Source of the DNA: Candidatus Woesearchaeota archaeon
GTDB lineage: Archaea > Nanobdellota > Nanobdellia > SCGC-AAA011-G17 > UBA489
NCBI GenBank assembly: GCA_964366415.1
Contig: CAYITG010000001.1
Span: 387,203 to 451,202, forward strand
Length of the DNA: 64,000 bases
Reading direction: 5' to 3'
In this document: in pieces, positions 29,384-40,004 of the stretch
Layout: every line of letters begins with the position of its first letter
Position numbering within the stretch: the first letter of the stretch is position 1
The notes under the pieces: generated by a model
Told to the model about the DNA's origin: nothing
Databases searched by the model: none
What the model saw: the letters and a program-made list of their open reading frames with translations, nothing else
Position numbers and translations under genes: made by a program

Positions 29384-30790
29384 TTATTCTCCCATCATCT
29401 TACGCAAGGCAGGGTGCATGTCCACCATGTGCTGCTGCGCAACTTCTTCATATAACTTATAGATAATCATCACTGTTAATAAAATGCTCGTTCCGTTGAC
29501 AAGAGCTCCAGAAATGTCTGCAAGAGCTGCAAGAATACCTATACTTAGTCCTCCCAATACAGTCAAGGGAAAGATGTATCTGCTTAAAATTTGTTCTAAC
29601 ACGCGTGGATCTCGTCTAAATCCGGGCACTTGCAATCCTGATGCGAGGATTTGTTTTGCTTGCGATGATGCATCCATTCCTGATGTCTGCACCCAGAACA
29701 CGGAGAACAGAACGGCACCGCCGATTAAAAATATTGCGTATGTTGCTGCGTGAGCAATATCAGCGAAACGTAATGAGCTTGTGATTAATCCTTGTATTAC
29801 GTTCGGAGGAGTAATCCACAAGACAAATCCTGATGCAGGCGTATTTCCTACATAAGTTCCTAAGAACGGATGACCCCAGTTCTCCAATAATCGCGCCCAT
29901 AATTGGAAATTAGCAATCAAGGCAGCTGTCAAGATAACAGGAATATTTGATGTGTAAAGGAAACGAAGTGGCCATCGAATACCATGACCCCGCACTCTTC
30001 CAAATGATAAGGGAATTTCAATTTTCATAGCCTGCGTATAGACTGATATGACAAACACAATAATTGTTGCAAGAATTGCTGATAATGCAAGGACTGCGCC
30101 TAAAGGATTTCTGCTAATTAATGAGGAAAACAGTACCCATACCTGACCGACAGGAGCTTCTCCCGTACCAAAAGCTAGTGTTCCTGCACTTGTCAAAGGA
30201 GAGAACGCGCGAATGAATAATGAAGCTGAAACTCCTGCTGCGATGAACAAGGACACGCCAGACCCAAATCCATATTTGCTTGTTACTTCATCCATGTATA
30301 ATACTAAGACGCCACCTAAGCATAATTGAAGGACTAAGAGGAATTGATAAGAAGTGTATGCGGCTGTTCCTAATAATGCTTGCGAAGGAGCAAGACCGCC
30401 CATGAATACATAGATTGCGGCTTCAAAGACAATAAAGAAGAGCGTCAATACTTTGTTGAGGCCTTGGAAATATGCGCGTCCTTCTTTGCTTGTTGTATCA
30501 ATTTTAAGGATGCCAGAACCGGCAAGCAATTGCAAGACGATGGAAGCTGTGACGATAGGACCAATACCCAAAGAAAGAATGGATCCGAAGCTTGCACCTA
30601 AGATGACTGATAATGATTCAAATTGCGATAATGCATTTTCTCCCAATCCGAACAAAGGAATAGAAGAAAGAACAAAAAATGCGACAAGAATAATCAATGT
30701 CCATTTTAGTTTTGTACCAAATGACAGGCGTTGTTCTGTTGGTTTTCTTACTTCCGGCAAAAATTCTAAGATGCGTTCGAAAAATCCCAT
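29384..30790 (-). CDS. secY: Protein translocase SecY
   Basis: KLKWT, LGIGPIVTASI and YTSNIPVIL motifs. Confidence 0.97.
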   Translation of the reverse strand: MGFFERILEFLPEVRKPTEQRLSFGTKLKWTLIILVAFFVLSSIPLFGLGENALSQFESLSVILGASFGSILSLGIGPIVTASIVLQLLAGSGILKIDTTSKEGRAYFQGLNKVLTLFFIVFEAAIYVFMGGLAPSQALLGTAAYTSYQFLLVLQLCLGGVLVLYMDEVTSKYGFGSGVSLFIAAGVSASLFIRAFSPLTSAGTLAFGTGEAPVGQVWVLFSSLISRNPLGAVLALSAILATIIVFVISVYTQAMKIEIPLSFGRVRGHGIRWPLRFLYTSNIPVILTAALIANFQLWARLLENWGHPFLGTYVGNTPASGFVLWITPPNVIQGLITSSLRFADIAHAATYAIFLIGGAVLFSVFWVQTSGMDASSQAKQILASGLQVPGFRRDPRVLEQILSRYIFPLTVLGGLSIGILAALADISGALVNGTSILLTVMIIYKLYEEVAQQHMVDMHPALRKMMGE

Positions 30791-30791
30791 T

Positions 30792-31199
30792 TTATTGAGG
30801 TACTTCTACTTTTCCCCCTGCTTTTTCGATTTTTTCCTTTGCTCTTTGCGAGCAGGCTTCTACAACAATATGATATTTACGCTGAGGCGTACCTCGAGCA
30901 AGAAGTTTATTCACGCCCCGTTCTGTAAGATTAACTTTTTCTTCATGGGGCAATTCGTCGATATTCATAATGGTGACATGCTTGACAACTTCGGGTGGGC
31001 GCGTGAATCCATGCTTGCCAAAATATTCAGGTCCGAATTCCTTGAGAATCCATGTTTTACGCTGATCGGCACGCTTCCCAGAACCCGCCATACCGCGTCC
31101 GCCACGATTACCTGCTCCGCGGTGCTTCTTCATACTGCCGAAGCCGTATGTTGTTTTTCCACGGAAACGTTTGTTCTTTTTACGGTGACGTACGACCAT
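30792..31199 (-). CDS. rpl15: 50S ribosomal protein L15
   Basis: RGAGNRGGRGMAG and KIEKAGG motifs. Confidence 0.95.
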   Translation of the reverse strand: MVVRHRKKNKRFRGKTTYGFGSMKKHRGAGNRGGRGMAGSGKRADQRKTWILKEFGPEYFGKHGFTRPPEVVKHVTIMNIDELPHEEKVNLTERGVNKLLARGTPQRKYHIVVEACSQRAKEKIEKAGGKVEVPQ

Positions 31200-31200
31200 G

Positions 31201-31719
31201 TTAAATCATCCTTTGTATTAAATCATTAATTTTATTTTTACGATATCCCAATGCACCACCCATTGAAAATTGAGTTTTGATGCCTTTGCGTTCAAAACCA
31301 CGACGTGGTGGGCTTAGTTTAAAGAATGTTTTCAAGCCTGGCACTTCTTTTAATTCTGCTTTGAATTCCATGAATTTTTTAGAGAATTCTTCTAATCCCA
31401 TTTTCATTTTTTCTTTGAGATATATTTCTGTTAATGGTTCTTTGCCTGGCAACTTGCCTCTTTTTTCCAACAATAATTTGAATGTTGGTTCATCTATTTC
31501 TCCCCAGGTGGCTGCATTTTTTATTACATTTAACATGCCCAAATATGGTGCAGTATTGGGAACAACCACGCAATGGTTCTTCTTGTAGAGACATAATAAG
31601 TCAAACGTCTTTCTCATATCTACTTTCATTCCAGGAGTTCCTTTTATTCTGATGATTGCAACACGTGCGCTCTTCTGCTGCACAGCTTCTTTCATTTCTT
31701 TGTTTTGTGCAGGCATCAT
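31201..31719 (-). CDS. rpl30: 50S ribosomal protein L30
   Basis: TWGE, LSPPRRGF and GALGYR motifs. Confidence 0.93.
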   Translation of the reverse strand: MMPAQNKEMKEAVQQKSARVAIIRIKGTPGMKVDMRKTFDLLCLYKKNHCVVVPNTAPYLGMLNVIKNAATWGEIDEPTFKLLLEKRGKLPGKEPLTEIYLKEKMKMGLEEFSKKFMEFKAELKEVPGLKTFFKLSPPRRGFERKGIKTQFSMGGALGYRKNKINDLIQRMI

Positions 31720-32489
31720 TTGTTACCTTCCTTTATGCCTAAGGTCTTGACGTATTCTTGTTTGATTTTGATTTGTGATAATTTTATTAATGCATCCATG
31801 CATGCTTTGACAAGATTTAATTTTGTTCTTGTGCTGTGATGTGTGGCAGTATAAATATCCCTGATACCTGCGAGTGCAAGAATTTTACTACATTCTTTTT
31901 CTGCACAAATGCCCGTACCTTTTGGCGCTGGCATGAGTTCGATGCTGACAGAACCACATTTTCCTTTGATCTTGAATGGAATGGAGTGAGGAGTTCCACA
32001 GCCACATTCCCATGATCCACAGCCTCGTCGTACTTTAATCAGGTTTATTTTTGCCTGACGGACTGATTTTTCTCGTGCAGGAACTGTTTCCTTTGCTTTT
32101 CCTAATCCAATACCAACGTATCCATCCCTATTTCCTATAATCGCTACGGCAGAAAATTTAGGTTTATTTCCTTCGCTTGTTTTCTTCTGTGTTTGACGCC
32201 AAATGCTTCTCTTTCCACCACCAAATTTACCTTTGGACTGACCGACAGACACTAAATCGACCTGCATGTTCGGCAACAAGAAATCAACTATTTCTCCTTC
32301 CATGATGCGCATACCGCTATCAAGAATCGTGTCAATATCTGTAATTCCTCCAGATTTGACTTTTGTTCCAATGGCTGTTTTTGGATGCCACGCTTCCCTA
32401 TCAAATGGTTTCTCCCTTGAGAAGCCACGTTTTTCGATAGGAACATTGCGTACTTCTGCACTTTCCGAAGGTTTTATGTCGTCTGTCAT
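31716..32489 (-). CDS. rps5: 30S ribosomal protein S5
   Basis: WHPKT and RRGCGSWECGCGTPHS motifs. Confidence 0.96.
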   Translation of the reverse strand: MTDDIKPSESAEVRNVPIEKRGFSREKPFDREAWHPKTAIGTKVKSGGITDIDTILDSGMRIMEGEIVDFLLPNMQVDLVSVGQSKGKFGGGKRSIWRQTQKKTSEGNKPKFSAVAIIGNRDGYVGIGLGKAKETVPAREKSVRQAKINLIKVRRGCGSWECGCGTPHSIPFKIKGKCGSVSIELMPAPKGTGICAEKECSKILALAGIRDIYTATHHSTRTKLNLVKACMDALIKLSQIKIKQEYVKTLGIKEGNK

Positions 32490-32992
32490 TTCTTTGTTGA
32501 TGCGTCTATTTTTGTTTTAACTTCTTGGAAGGGAATTTGTGTTTTGAGATGCTTTCCCTGAATGCGATCAGCAGAAGGCATCAATTCTGTTGAATGTGGA
32601 ATGTCCAATCCTGCATCAACTGCTCCCTTCAAACATGAGAACAGGATGGATCCTTTCGTAATGCTTTGCAAGCCAATGTCACAAATGGCTTTCTTAATGT
32701 TTTTTTGCTGGGCTTTTTTCCCCATGAGGTATCCTGCAAAGTATGCCGCTGGTGTGTTGCGTGATGCAAATTTCCAGCCATATTTCTTTTGCAATTCTTT
32801 TGTTGTGGTTGCACAAAGCACATGGTCTCCTTGAGGACTGTATTCTATTAATTGCACAGAGATATTTTTCAATGATTTCCTGACTACGAAACGCGGCAGA
32901 CGCGATGTAATCATGCGTAACCGTTTTTGGTAGTTTGTTTTACCTTCTCTATGTCTTCTTTTCTGAAGACCGTGTCTTCTTTTGAGTTTCAT
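32486..32992 (-). CDS. rpl18: 50S ribosomal protein L18
   Basis: REGKTNY, NTPAAY and GAVDAGLDIPH motifs. Confidence 0.95.
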   Translation of the reverse strand: MKLKRRHGLQKRRHREGKTNYQKRLRMITSRLPRFVVRKSLKNISVQLIEYSPQGDHVLCATTTKELQKKYGWKFASRNTPAAYFAGYLMGKKAQQKNIKKAICDIGLQSITKGSILFSCLKGAVDAGLDIPHSTELMPSADRIQGKHLKTQIPFQEVKTKIDASTKK

Positions 32993-33437
32993 GGTGACCT
33001 AATTTATGTTCCTCCAAGTATAATTTAATGTGACGTTTGCTTCTAAAGAACCCTCCTTTTGCCTTCTTATAAAGCATATGGTAGGTTTCTGTTTTGATGA
33101 GCTCTTTATCACGAAGGAGCTTCAAGAATCCACGTTGAATACGAATTCTATGCGCCCAGTCTTGTTTCATATTTTTACGAGCTGTCTTTTTTCCTTTTCT
33201 GGAGCCCATTCCTCGCTGACGTCCTTTTCTTTTTTGGATAAGATTCTTACGGAATCGACCATGTGAAATGGACACTTTAGGGCGTTTTTGAATTGCCTTA
33301 TCATGAATTAAGTGACGAATGTCTGCTTTCGTGATGGCTTGCTTGATTTCTTCCATTCGGGCATTATCAAACCATACTCTTCCCTGGCCACATTTCATCA
33401 CTTGAGCTGCAATTCTGCGTTGTGAGGTGAGTCTCAT
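32949..33437 (-). CDS. rpl19e: 50S ribosomal protein L19e
   Basis: QRRIAA, GSRKG and LYKKAKGGFF motifs. Confidence 0.95.
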   Translation of the reverse strand: MRLTSQRRIAAQVMKCGQGRVWFDNARMEEIKQAITKADIRHLIHDKAIQKRPKVSISHGRFRKNLIQKRKGRQRGMGSRKGKKTARKNMKQDWAHRIRIQRGFLKLLRDKELIKTETYHMLYKKAKGGFFRSKRHIKLYLEEHKLGHHETQKKTRSSEKKT

Positions 33438-34000
33438 TTTTTCTGCTCCAACAGTTTACGCTTTTCTTCTTTCTCACGTTTTTCTTTTTCTTCTGGAACT
33501 TCTTCTTTCTTTTCTTCCACTTTTTCAGCTTTCTTCAAGCGCTCTGCTTTCGCTTTTTCTTTTCTTGTAAGCTTTGATTTCTTGGTTTCTTTGCGTTGTT
33601 TTAATGATGCTTCAGTTTCTGCAAGGAATTTGTCCAGATCTTTGATGTTGAGAACTCGCAGTTTCATTTCTTTTGCTTTCTTGACAATTTCTATTCTTTT
33701 TCGCATTCCTACTGTGGATGCAATCGTGATAGGATCTTTGACCCCTGTTAATTGTGCGACATTTGATATTATAATAACTTGGTAACCATCACGCGTCAAA
33801 CCACGCACTTCTTTTGGAGAGGAGAATCCTATGGATGGTTGCCGACGAAGACTTCGTAACTTCAACCGCATCTTAGAATGCATACCCTCAGGTTTACGCC
33901 AGTGTCTCTTAATACGGATTGCTTTTTGCCAGTCCTGTCTAATGAACTCCGGCATTTTCTTTTTCAATGCGTTTCTTTTTTCTAGCAATTCCTTATTCAT
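33434..34000 (-). CDS. rpl32e: 50S ribosomal protein L32e
   Basis: PEFIRQD and WRKPEGMHSKMR motifs. Confidence 0.93.
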   Translation of the reverse strand: MNKELLEKRNALKKKMPEFIRQDWQKAIRIKRHWRKPEGMHSKMRLKLRSLRRQPSIGFSSPKEVRGLTRDGYQVIIISNVAQLTGVKDPITIASTVGMRKRIEIVKKAKEMKLRVLNIKDLDKFLAETEASLKQRKETKKSKLTRKEKAKAERLKKAEKVEEKKEEVPEEKEKREKEEKRKLLEQKK

Positions 34001-34563
34001 ATGAAATTCCGTCCTGGTTTTTCAGTGATATAACAACCATCTTGGAAGACGCGGCGGTCACGCTTTCCGACGCGTGTTGCCTGCTCAAGATTTGCGGCAG
34101 TTTGACCTGCTGCTTCAAGATCAAAGGATTGAACAAGAATCGCATCTTTGTCTATTTTTACCGTTACGTTGGGTAAAACCTTAGATTTACGTGGAATCTT
34201 TTCCCCAAGGAAGTTTGAGATCGTAACATATTGTCCTTCCACTTTTATAGTGATAGGGAAGTGGCCTGAACAGATTTTTAACTTATATTGGTAAGGATTT
34301 TGTACGCCTTGTATCATGTTGTTAATGTGTGATTTAATGGTGTATAACATGCGTTTTTGTTTACGCAAGGAAGATGATGTAGAGAGCGTAATAGTATTGT
34401 TTTCTTCTTTTATTGTGACTAACGGATTTCCAACCATACGTTGAAGAGTGCCCAGTTTACCTTTGACAGACAATATGTGCCCGTCTAATGTAGCTTCAAT
34501 ACCTTGCGGCACAGTTACTGTTTCTTCTATTTTTCTTGCCACTTGTTCTGGTTGTTTTTTCAT
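33997..34563 (-). CDS. rpl6: 50S ribosomal protein L6
   Basis: NFLGEK and DRRVFQDGCYI motifs. Confidence 0.95.
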   Translation of the reverse strand: MKKQPEQVARKIEETVTVPQGIEATLDGHILSVKGKLGTLQRMVGNPLVTIKEENNTITLSTSSSLRKQKRMLYTIKSHINNMIQGVQNPYQYKLKICSGHFPITIKVEGQYVTISNFLGEKIPRKSKVLPNVTVKIDKDAILVQSFDLEAAGQTAANLEQATRVGKRDRRVFQDGCYITEKPGRNFI

Positions 34564-34564
34564 C

Positions 34565-34954
34565 TTAGTAGAAGTATGCAATTAACGTCCCTCCGATGCC
34601 TTTCTTCTTTGCTTCATGATGGGTAATCATTCCTTGTGAAGTTGATACAATAATGATGCCAACGTCTTTTGCTGGCAAGAAACGTTTTTCGAATTTTTCA
34701 TAATTATCTTTCTTGACAGAGAAGCGTGGTTTAATGACTGCACATTTATTGAGTGTTCCGACGATGTTGATCTTTATGTAAGGCATGACCTTTTGATCAA
34801 TAACTTCGAATTTTCCAATGTACATATTATCACGCATGATCTCCAGTACCTTTTTGATTGTTTTTGATGTTGGAGAGACTTCACACTCTGTCTTTCCTTT
34901 CTTTTGGGCATTCATGATGATGTTCATCACATTGGCTAAAGGGTCTGTAAGCAT
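34565..34954 (-). CDS. rps8: 30S ribosomal protein S8
   Basis: DPLAN, IKPRF and STSQG motifs. Confidence 0.96.
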   Translation of the reverse strand: MLTDPLANVMNIIMNAQKKGKTECEVSPTSKTIKKVLEIMRDNMYIGKFEVIDQKVMPYIKINIVGTLNKCAVIKPRFSVKKDNYEKFEKRFLPAKDVGIIIVSTSQGMITHHEAKKKGIGGTLIAYFY

Positions 34955-34962
34955 TTTTTCTC

Positions 34963-35193
34963 CTAGCTATATTTTTTGAATCCTATTGATGGCGCAATCT
35001 CTCTGAAACATTGTCTGCAGAGGTGCAATCCATATTTTTGAATGTGAGCATGTGTTCTTCCACATCGACGACATTTACGCAATGCCGCGCCGCATGTACG
35101 CTTGATGGGAGCATTGTGCTTCTTGAACTTTTCATGTTTTGCAGGTTTGCTCTTCAACTGCTTCAAGATCTTTACGTAGCTACTTGTTGTCAT
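34963..35193 (-). CDS. rps14: 30S ribosomal protein S14
   Basis: CRRCG and LCRQCFRE motifs. Confidence 0.95.
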   Translation of the reverse strand: MTTSSYVKILKQLKSKPAKHEKFKKHNAPIKRTCGAALRKCRRCGRTHAHIQKYGLHLCRQCFREIAPSIGFKKYS

Positions 35194-35194
35194 C

Positions 35195-35725
35195 TTATTC
35201 GATCCTCGTTTGGAATTTGCTTTTCATATATTCCATTGCTTCTTCTTTTGTAATCATGTGCTTTTTTGGTATGCTCATACGCTTTCGTGCACGACTGCGG
35301 ATACGAAATCCTGGACGCATTAATGTGACAGCAACTTCCAAACCAATAATGCCGATGGTTGCGTCATATTCGACACCCGGAATTTCAATATACTCTGGTA
35401 TGCCGAATGCCAAATTTCCTGTGATATCAAATTTTGATGCTGGTAAGCTATCTGCTCGCGCTTTCAATAAACGCACTAATAACTCTTCGGCTTTCTTTCC
35501 ACGAATCGTCACTTTTGCTCCAATCTCTAATCCTGGCCTTACTCCCCATGTTGGAATTCTTTTCTTTGTTTTTCTGGAAACTGGTTTCGATTGGGAAATC
35601 TTTTGCAAGAGCTTCAATGCTTTTTCCAATTTTTCTCCAGGCATACCTGTTCCAATGTTTAAGGTGATCTTCTCTACTCTAATGTTTCTCATAGGGTTTT
35701 CCTTGATCACTTGTGTTGTTTGCAT
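35195..35725 (-). CDS. rpl5: 50S ribosomal protein L5
   Basis: NPMR and [14 protein letters not shown] motifs. Confidence 0.95.
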   Translation of the reverse strand: MQTTQVIKENPMRNIRVEKITLNIGTGMPGEKLEKALKLLQKISQSKPVSRKTKKRIPTWGVRPGLEIGAKVTIRGKKAEELLVRLLKARADSLPASKFDITGNLAFGIPEYIEIPGVEYDATIGIIGLEVAVTLMRPGFRIRSRARKRMSIPKKHMITKEEAMEYMKSKFQTRIE

Positions 35726-35727
35726 TG

Positions 35728-36402
35728 TTACCAAACCTTCTCTATTACGAAGACGTAATCTTTCAATGTTTCAATCTTTCCTTCTTTTGTTTCCATGATG
35801 ATACGATCATTTTCCATTCCCTTGAATTTTGTGATGTCAATAAGCTTTCCAACTTTTCCAATGTGTTTTCCACCCGTTAGATAGATTAATGAGCCTTTTT
35901 CAAGTTTGATGTGACGCTTGATTTTACCTTCAGCAACAATAACTGTGTCGCCTACCTTGTAGGAATCTTTATCGACAACAATGTTTTTACCGTCGTACAA
36001 ATTAATTTGTATTTTTTTCTTACGAAGAGTATGCTTACCGATAATTTTACATGATTTTTCTTTTGGATCTGTATCAAGCTTCTTGAGCATGAATTTTCCT
36101 TTGTCTGAATACATGACCATATAGGACTGGTGTATTGAAGGAATGCTAATAATATCCATTAAGCCCACCGGGAATCTGTAGTCTTTACGTGGAACACCAT
36201 CAACGTAGACAAGATTTTGTTGTAATATCTTTTTGACTTCGCGTGTCGTATTTGCCATATTCAAGAAGTCTTTCAATGCCAAATTAAGGGTAATACACTC
36301 ATTCTTCTTGTGTGGGCCTGGCATAGGCGTTGCTATGAATGTTGTATCTTTCTTTCGAATACTCCACGAATTCGGAACGGTGAGTCTCTTTAGGTGGGCC
36401 AT
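35728..36402 (-). CDS. rps4e: 30S ribosomal protein S4e
   Basis: HLKRL, PGPH, FPVGLMD and TGGKHIG motifs. Confidence 0.95.
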   Translation of the reverse strand: MAHLKRLTVPNSWSIRKKDTTFIATPMPGPHKKNECITLNLALKDFLNMANTTREVKKILQQNLVYVDGVPRKDYRFPVGLMDIISIPSIHQSYMVMYSDKGKFMLKKLDTDPKEKSCKIIGKHTLRKKKIQINLYDGKNIVVDKDSYKVGDTVIVAEGKIKRHIKLEKGSLIYLTGGKHIGKVGKLIDITKFKGMENDRIIMETKEGKIETLKDYVFVIEKVW

Positions 36403-36403
36403 T

Positions 36404-36787
36404 TTACTTCTTTGCTCCTTCTAATTTTGCTCGTGTTTGTTTATCCTCTGTTATCAGCTCAATAATCTGCACATTGCTTGGGTGAATAGGATAGAAGGTT
36501 TTTGTACCATCTCGCTTCACATGCTGCATACCCTCAATAGTTATTCTGCTCTTGCGTAAGTTAACAGACATGATTCTTCCTGTTTGTTTTTTGAATTGTC
36601 CTCGCATTATTTTTACCGTATATCCTTTTCTCAACGTCAATGCTCTTCGCTTGTACTTTTTTCTCAATTCTTTTGACAAATGCGCTGCTATGAATTTCTG
36701 TTTCACGTGAAGAGGAGCGTTCTTTTGGTATTTACGCTGCTTTCTTCGTTGCGTACTTGACTTCCATGACGGTGAGAACATTTTCAT
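36404..36787 (-). CDS. rpl24: 50S ribosomal protein L24
   Basis: RKQRK, LSKELR and IHPSNV motifs. Confidence 0.95.
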   Translation of the reverse strand: MKMFSPSWKSSTQRRKQRKYQKNAPLHVKQKFIAAHLSKELRKKYKRRALTLRKGYTVKIMRGQFKKQTGRIMSVNLRKSRITIEGMQHVKRDGTKTFYPIHPSNVQIIELITEDKQTRAKLEGAKK

Positions 36788-36788
36788 A

Positions 36789-37190
36789 TTATACGACGAT
36801 GCTTGCTATTTTTGCGATACCTACCCAACGGTCAGCAGCCTCCTTTGCGATGGGTCCTTTGATCAATGTTCCCTTTGGACTTCCCTTTTCATCTTTTAAC
36901 ACTACTGCAGCATTATCTTCAAATGCAATACGCATGCCGTCTGGTCGTCTGTATTCCTTTTTTTGACGAACAATTACGGCCGGAACTACTGTTTTTCTCA
37001 TTTGTATGTTGCCCTTGACCACAGAAGCGAAGATTAAGTCTCCAATTCCTGCCGCAGGATATCTTCCTTTAACGGTTTTTGCACCTTTGACTGAAACTAC
37101 CTTTAGCACTTTGGCTCCCGAATTGTCACATGTTTCGATTTGTGCATAGTGTGGAAGCACTTTGGATGTGTGCGCTTTGATTGCTTTCAT
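36789..37190 (-). CDS. rpl14: 50S ribosomal protein L14
   Basis: DNSGAK and FEDNAAV motifs. Confidence 0.96.
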   Translation of the reverse strand: MKAIKAHTSKVLPHYAQIETCDNSGAKVLKVVSVKGAKTVKGRYPAAGIGDLIFASVVKGNIQMRKTVVPAVIVRQKKEYRRPDGMRIAFEDNAAVVLKDEKGSPKGTLIKGPIAKEAADRWVGIAKIASIVV

Positions 37191-37543
37191 TTCTTCATCA
37201 CCTCAACAGCTACAAAATTCTTTGTTTTTGAAATTGGACGCGATTCCATGATCTTGAGTACGTCTCCTTTCTTTATCGTCATACAAGGAGGAACGTGCGC
37301 CTTGATGCGTGATCTTCTTTTTTCGAAACGTTCGTATTTTGGCAAGTATAACTTACGTGGGAATTCTATCATGGTACTTTTGTGCGTGACATCACGAATA
37401 ACTATACCTTCGAATGTACGCCCACGAACTTTTAATTCTCCGTGGAAAGGGCAATGTCTATCTGTACATACTGCAGTTGGTGCTGTGAGAGGAATACCTA
37501 TGTCACGCGCTTTCTGTTCCTGAACTTGTTTTGTTTTTTCCAT
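37187..37543 (-). CDS. rps17: 30S ribosomal protein S17
   Basis: CPFHG, KYERFE and RPISKTK motifs. Confidence 0.96.
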   Translation of the reverse strand: MEKTKQVQEQKARDIGIPLTAPTAVCTDRHCPFHGELKVRGRTFEGIVIRDVTHKSTMIEFPRKLYLPKYERFEKRRSRIKAHVPPCMTIKKGDVLKIMESRPISKTKNFVAVEVMKK

Positions 37544-37545
37544 GG

Positions 37546-37815
37546 TTATCGTTTGATTTTTTTCTTGAGGCGTTCTTCAGACCTTCCGACCAACAATGCT
37601 CCGTCAATCACGACTTTGCGATTGTTTATCGTTGTTGTGAATGTTACCTGATTTTTTATCAGGCGCTTTGTTATATTATTGTCCTCGATGGTGAGCGTGT
37701 TTCGTGTCTCATTGATGATTTTTCCTCGAAGCCCTTTCAGTTGCGCATTTCTGGCGTCTACAACCTCTATCTCGAGCCCGATAAGCTCGTATTTTAACAC
37801 ATCTTGCGGTTGCAT
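37546..37815 (-). CDS. rnp1: Ribonuclease P protein subunit Rpp29 (Rnp1)
   Basis: ELIGL, GKIINETRNT and LVGRSEERLK motifs; conserved position. Confidence 0.92.
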   Translation of the reverse strand: MQPQDVLKYELIGLEIEVVDARNAQLKGLRGKIINETRNTLTIEDNNITKRLIKNQVTFTTTINNRKVVIDGALLVGRSEERLKKKIKR

Positions 37816-37816
37816 T

Positions 37817-38125
37817 TTACTGAACTTCGATTGTTTCTGGTGCAAACCCGATCTTGATAAGCTCTTGCTTGACACGATCTTTATGCTGACCTTGCAACTC
37901 AATAGTGCCTGCCTTGACTGTACCGCCACAGGCAAACTTTGATTTGAGCTTCTTGGCAACATCTTTGATGTCAATGTCTTTCGCGTTGATACCTACCACA
38001 ATGGTGATCAGCTTGCCGAATTTTCTTTTTTCTGTTTTTACGACAATACGCTGCTCTTCCTTTGCGATGGTCTCACACACGCAGAGCTCTCGTGCGAGTC
38101 CACATTTTGGACAGACGTCACTCAT
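37817..38125 (-). CDS. Translation initiation factor SUI1/aIF1
   Basis: LKSKFACGGT and IELQGQH motifs. Confidence 0.95.
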   Translation of the reverse strand: MSDVCPKCGLARELCVCETIAKEEQRIVVKTEKRKFGKLITIVVGINAKDIDIKDVAKKLKSKFACGGTVKAGTIELQGQHKDRVKQELIKIGFAPETIEVQ

Positions 38126-38382
38126 TCTTTGGTCTTCTTAACCTCCTTCGATTTTTTCTGTGATTCAGGCTTCTTTTGCGGAGCCTTTCTGAGCATGGTT
38201 ACTCTTGTGTTGATCCGAGCAATTGTTTTCTTGATTGCGCGAATTCTTCCTGGATTTTCAGGCGTTGTTTTTGTTGAAAGTTGCGCATTTACTTTGATCA
38301 TTTCTTTCTGGAGTTCCATTTTTTTCTCAAGGAGTTGAGGTGTTTCCATTTTGTTTAGCTCATTCTTTTTTATCAGTGCCAT
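38122..38382 (-). CDS. rpl29: 50S ribosomal protein L29
   Basis: ENPGRIRAIKKTIARINT motif. Confidence 0.93.
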   Translation of the reverse strand: MALIKKNELNKMETPQLLEKKMELQKEMIKVNAQLSTKTTPENPGRIRAIKKTIARINTRVTMLRKAPQKKPESQKKSKEVKKTKE

Positions 38383-39136
38383 CTTCCTTCTCCTCCGTTT
38401 CTTTCTTTACTGCTTTCTTTACAGTGGCTTTCTTTTGTTTTGGTTTTTTCTCTTTTGTTTCTTCTTCGTTTTCTTCTGTTTTCTCAGGTTGAACTGCTTG
38501 TGTTGCTTGCATAGCTACTTGTTCTACTTGAATAGTCTTATCTGCTGCAAAGATCAATTTGTCTGGAAGCTTGATGTCTGAGGTCATAATACTCACTTTG
38601 ACACCCACTGTGCCAATAGACAAGTTCACACTGACTTTGGCATGTTTTATTTTTGAAACTGCAACATCTCCGCATTTTTTGAGATAGCCCGCAGAAAATC
38701 TCCATGCACGTGCTCGTGCACTTGGAATTCTTCCTGATAAGACAATTTCAGCACCTACTGCGCCCGAGTTCATGACATCTTGCAACATTTTGTATCCAAT
38801 AGACTTGAAACGCTTCGCTCCAAATCGTTCTAAGTTGTATGCGAGTCTGTCTGCAACGTATTGAACATCCAATAAAGGATTTTGCACATCTCCAATCTCG
38901 ATTTGAGGATTTTCTAATTTGAAGCGTTTTTTCAAGTATGCAGTAATCTTCTTGACATTTTCTCCTGCTTTGCCCACAACCAAACCTGGGCGTGTTGTGA
39001 AAACTGTTATTTTTTCTCCAAGAGGAGTGTTACGGATTTCTGTATGTGAATATCCAGCTTTTGCTAACACTTTTGCCATATACTCTTGAATCTGGAATTC
39101 CCGGATTTTTTGATTTATGAATTTGCGTTCAATCAT
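38360..39136 (-). CDS. rps3: 30S ribosomal protein S3
   Basis: RPGLVVGKAG (KH domain) and GAEIVLSGR motifs. Confidence 0.96.
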   Translation of the reverse strand: MIERKFINQKIREFQIQEYMAKVLAKAGYSHTEIRNTPLGEKITVFTTRPGLVVGKAGENVKKITAYLKKRFKLENPQIEIGDVQNPLLDVQYVADRLAYNLERFGAKRFKSIGYKMLQDVMNSGAVGAEIVLSGRIPSARARAWRFSAGYLKKCGDVAVSKIKHAKVSVNLSIGTVGVKVSIMTSDIKLPDKLIFAADKTIQVEQVAMQATQAVQPEKTEENEEETKEKKPKQKKATVKKAVKKETEEKEDGTDKKE

Positions 39137-39600
39137 TGTTTAGCTTTCACCTGTTGTGTTGGTTGTTTTTGTTCAACTTTCTTTTGTTCTTTGTGTTCTT
39201 CGGCTATGATTTGAATATGGGTACGCTTCATCTTCACACGTCTCTTTCTTCCGTAATGATATGGGCGTGATGCACGATTAGGAATCACGGATGTGATGAT
39301 TAACGAATTTACATCCAATCCTTTATTTTGCGCGTTTGCTTCCAAGGAATTCAACAATCTCAACACATGCTGAGATGCCTTGTAAGGATAACGTCCTGCA
39401 GCCATATGGCCTGGTTTGTGACCGATATTGCGCTTGAATATCTTGAAAGGTACTGCTTGCTTTTTTTCCATAACATTCTGCAAGAGTTTCTTGGATGTTG
39501 CAATAGACTTGCCTTTAATGAAATTGCAAATTTCGATTGCGTGCTTCGTCGAAATAGGCATATGCTTCCCGTACACTGATGCTGTATGCTCGTTTTCCAT
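39133..39600 (-). CDS. rpl22: 50S ribosomal protein L22
   Basis: ISTKHAIEIC, GRYPYKA and ANAQNKGL motifs. Confidence 0.95.
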   Translation of the reverse strand: MENEHTASVYGKHMPISTKHAIEICNFIKGKSIATSKKLLQNVMEKKQAVPFKIFKRNIGHKPGHMAAGRYPYKASQHVLRLLNSLEANAQNKGLDVNSLIITSVIPNRASRPYHYGRKRRVKMKRTHIQIIAEEHKEQKKVEQKQPTQQVKAKQ

Positions 39601-39601
39601 T

Positions 39602-40003
39602 TTATTTTGCCTTCGATGCGATTGCTGTACTGGACTTTGTAGCTCCAATACCTGGCGCAGAGTGCTGGACTCTTGATCGCGTTGTTGCGAATTCTCCTAA
39701 ATAATGACCTAACATTTCTTCGGTGATGCTTACGGGGACGAACATCTTTCCTGAGTGTACATGGATTATTAATCCAATCATTTCTGGAAGTATAACCATA
39801 TCACGTGCATGTGTTTTGATAGGTTTTTTGTAATTTCCTTGTTTAGCTTTCTTGATTTTATCCAGAAGAGGTTTGTAGGTTTTCAATGCATTACGCTTCA
39901 AGGAACGACGCTGACGAGATGGAATGAGCTTCATGTATTGCTCAAGATCCAACTTCATAATCTCTTCCAACGTCTTTCCATGATACATAAATTGTTTAGG
40001 CAT
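39602..40003 (-). CDS. rps19: 30S ribosomal protein S19
   Basis: KTHARDM and GHYLGEF motifs. Confidence 0.96.
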   Translation of the reverse strand: MPKQFMYHGKTLEEIMKLDLEQYMKLIPSRQRRSLKRNALKTYKPLLDKIKKAKQGNYKKPIKTHARDMVILPEMIGLIIHVHSGKMFVPVSITEEMLGHYLGEFATTRSRVQHSAPGIGATKSSTAIASKAK

Positions 40004-40004
40004 T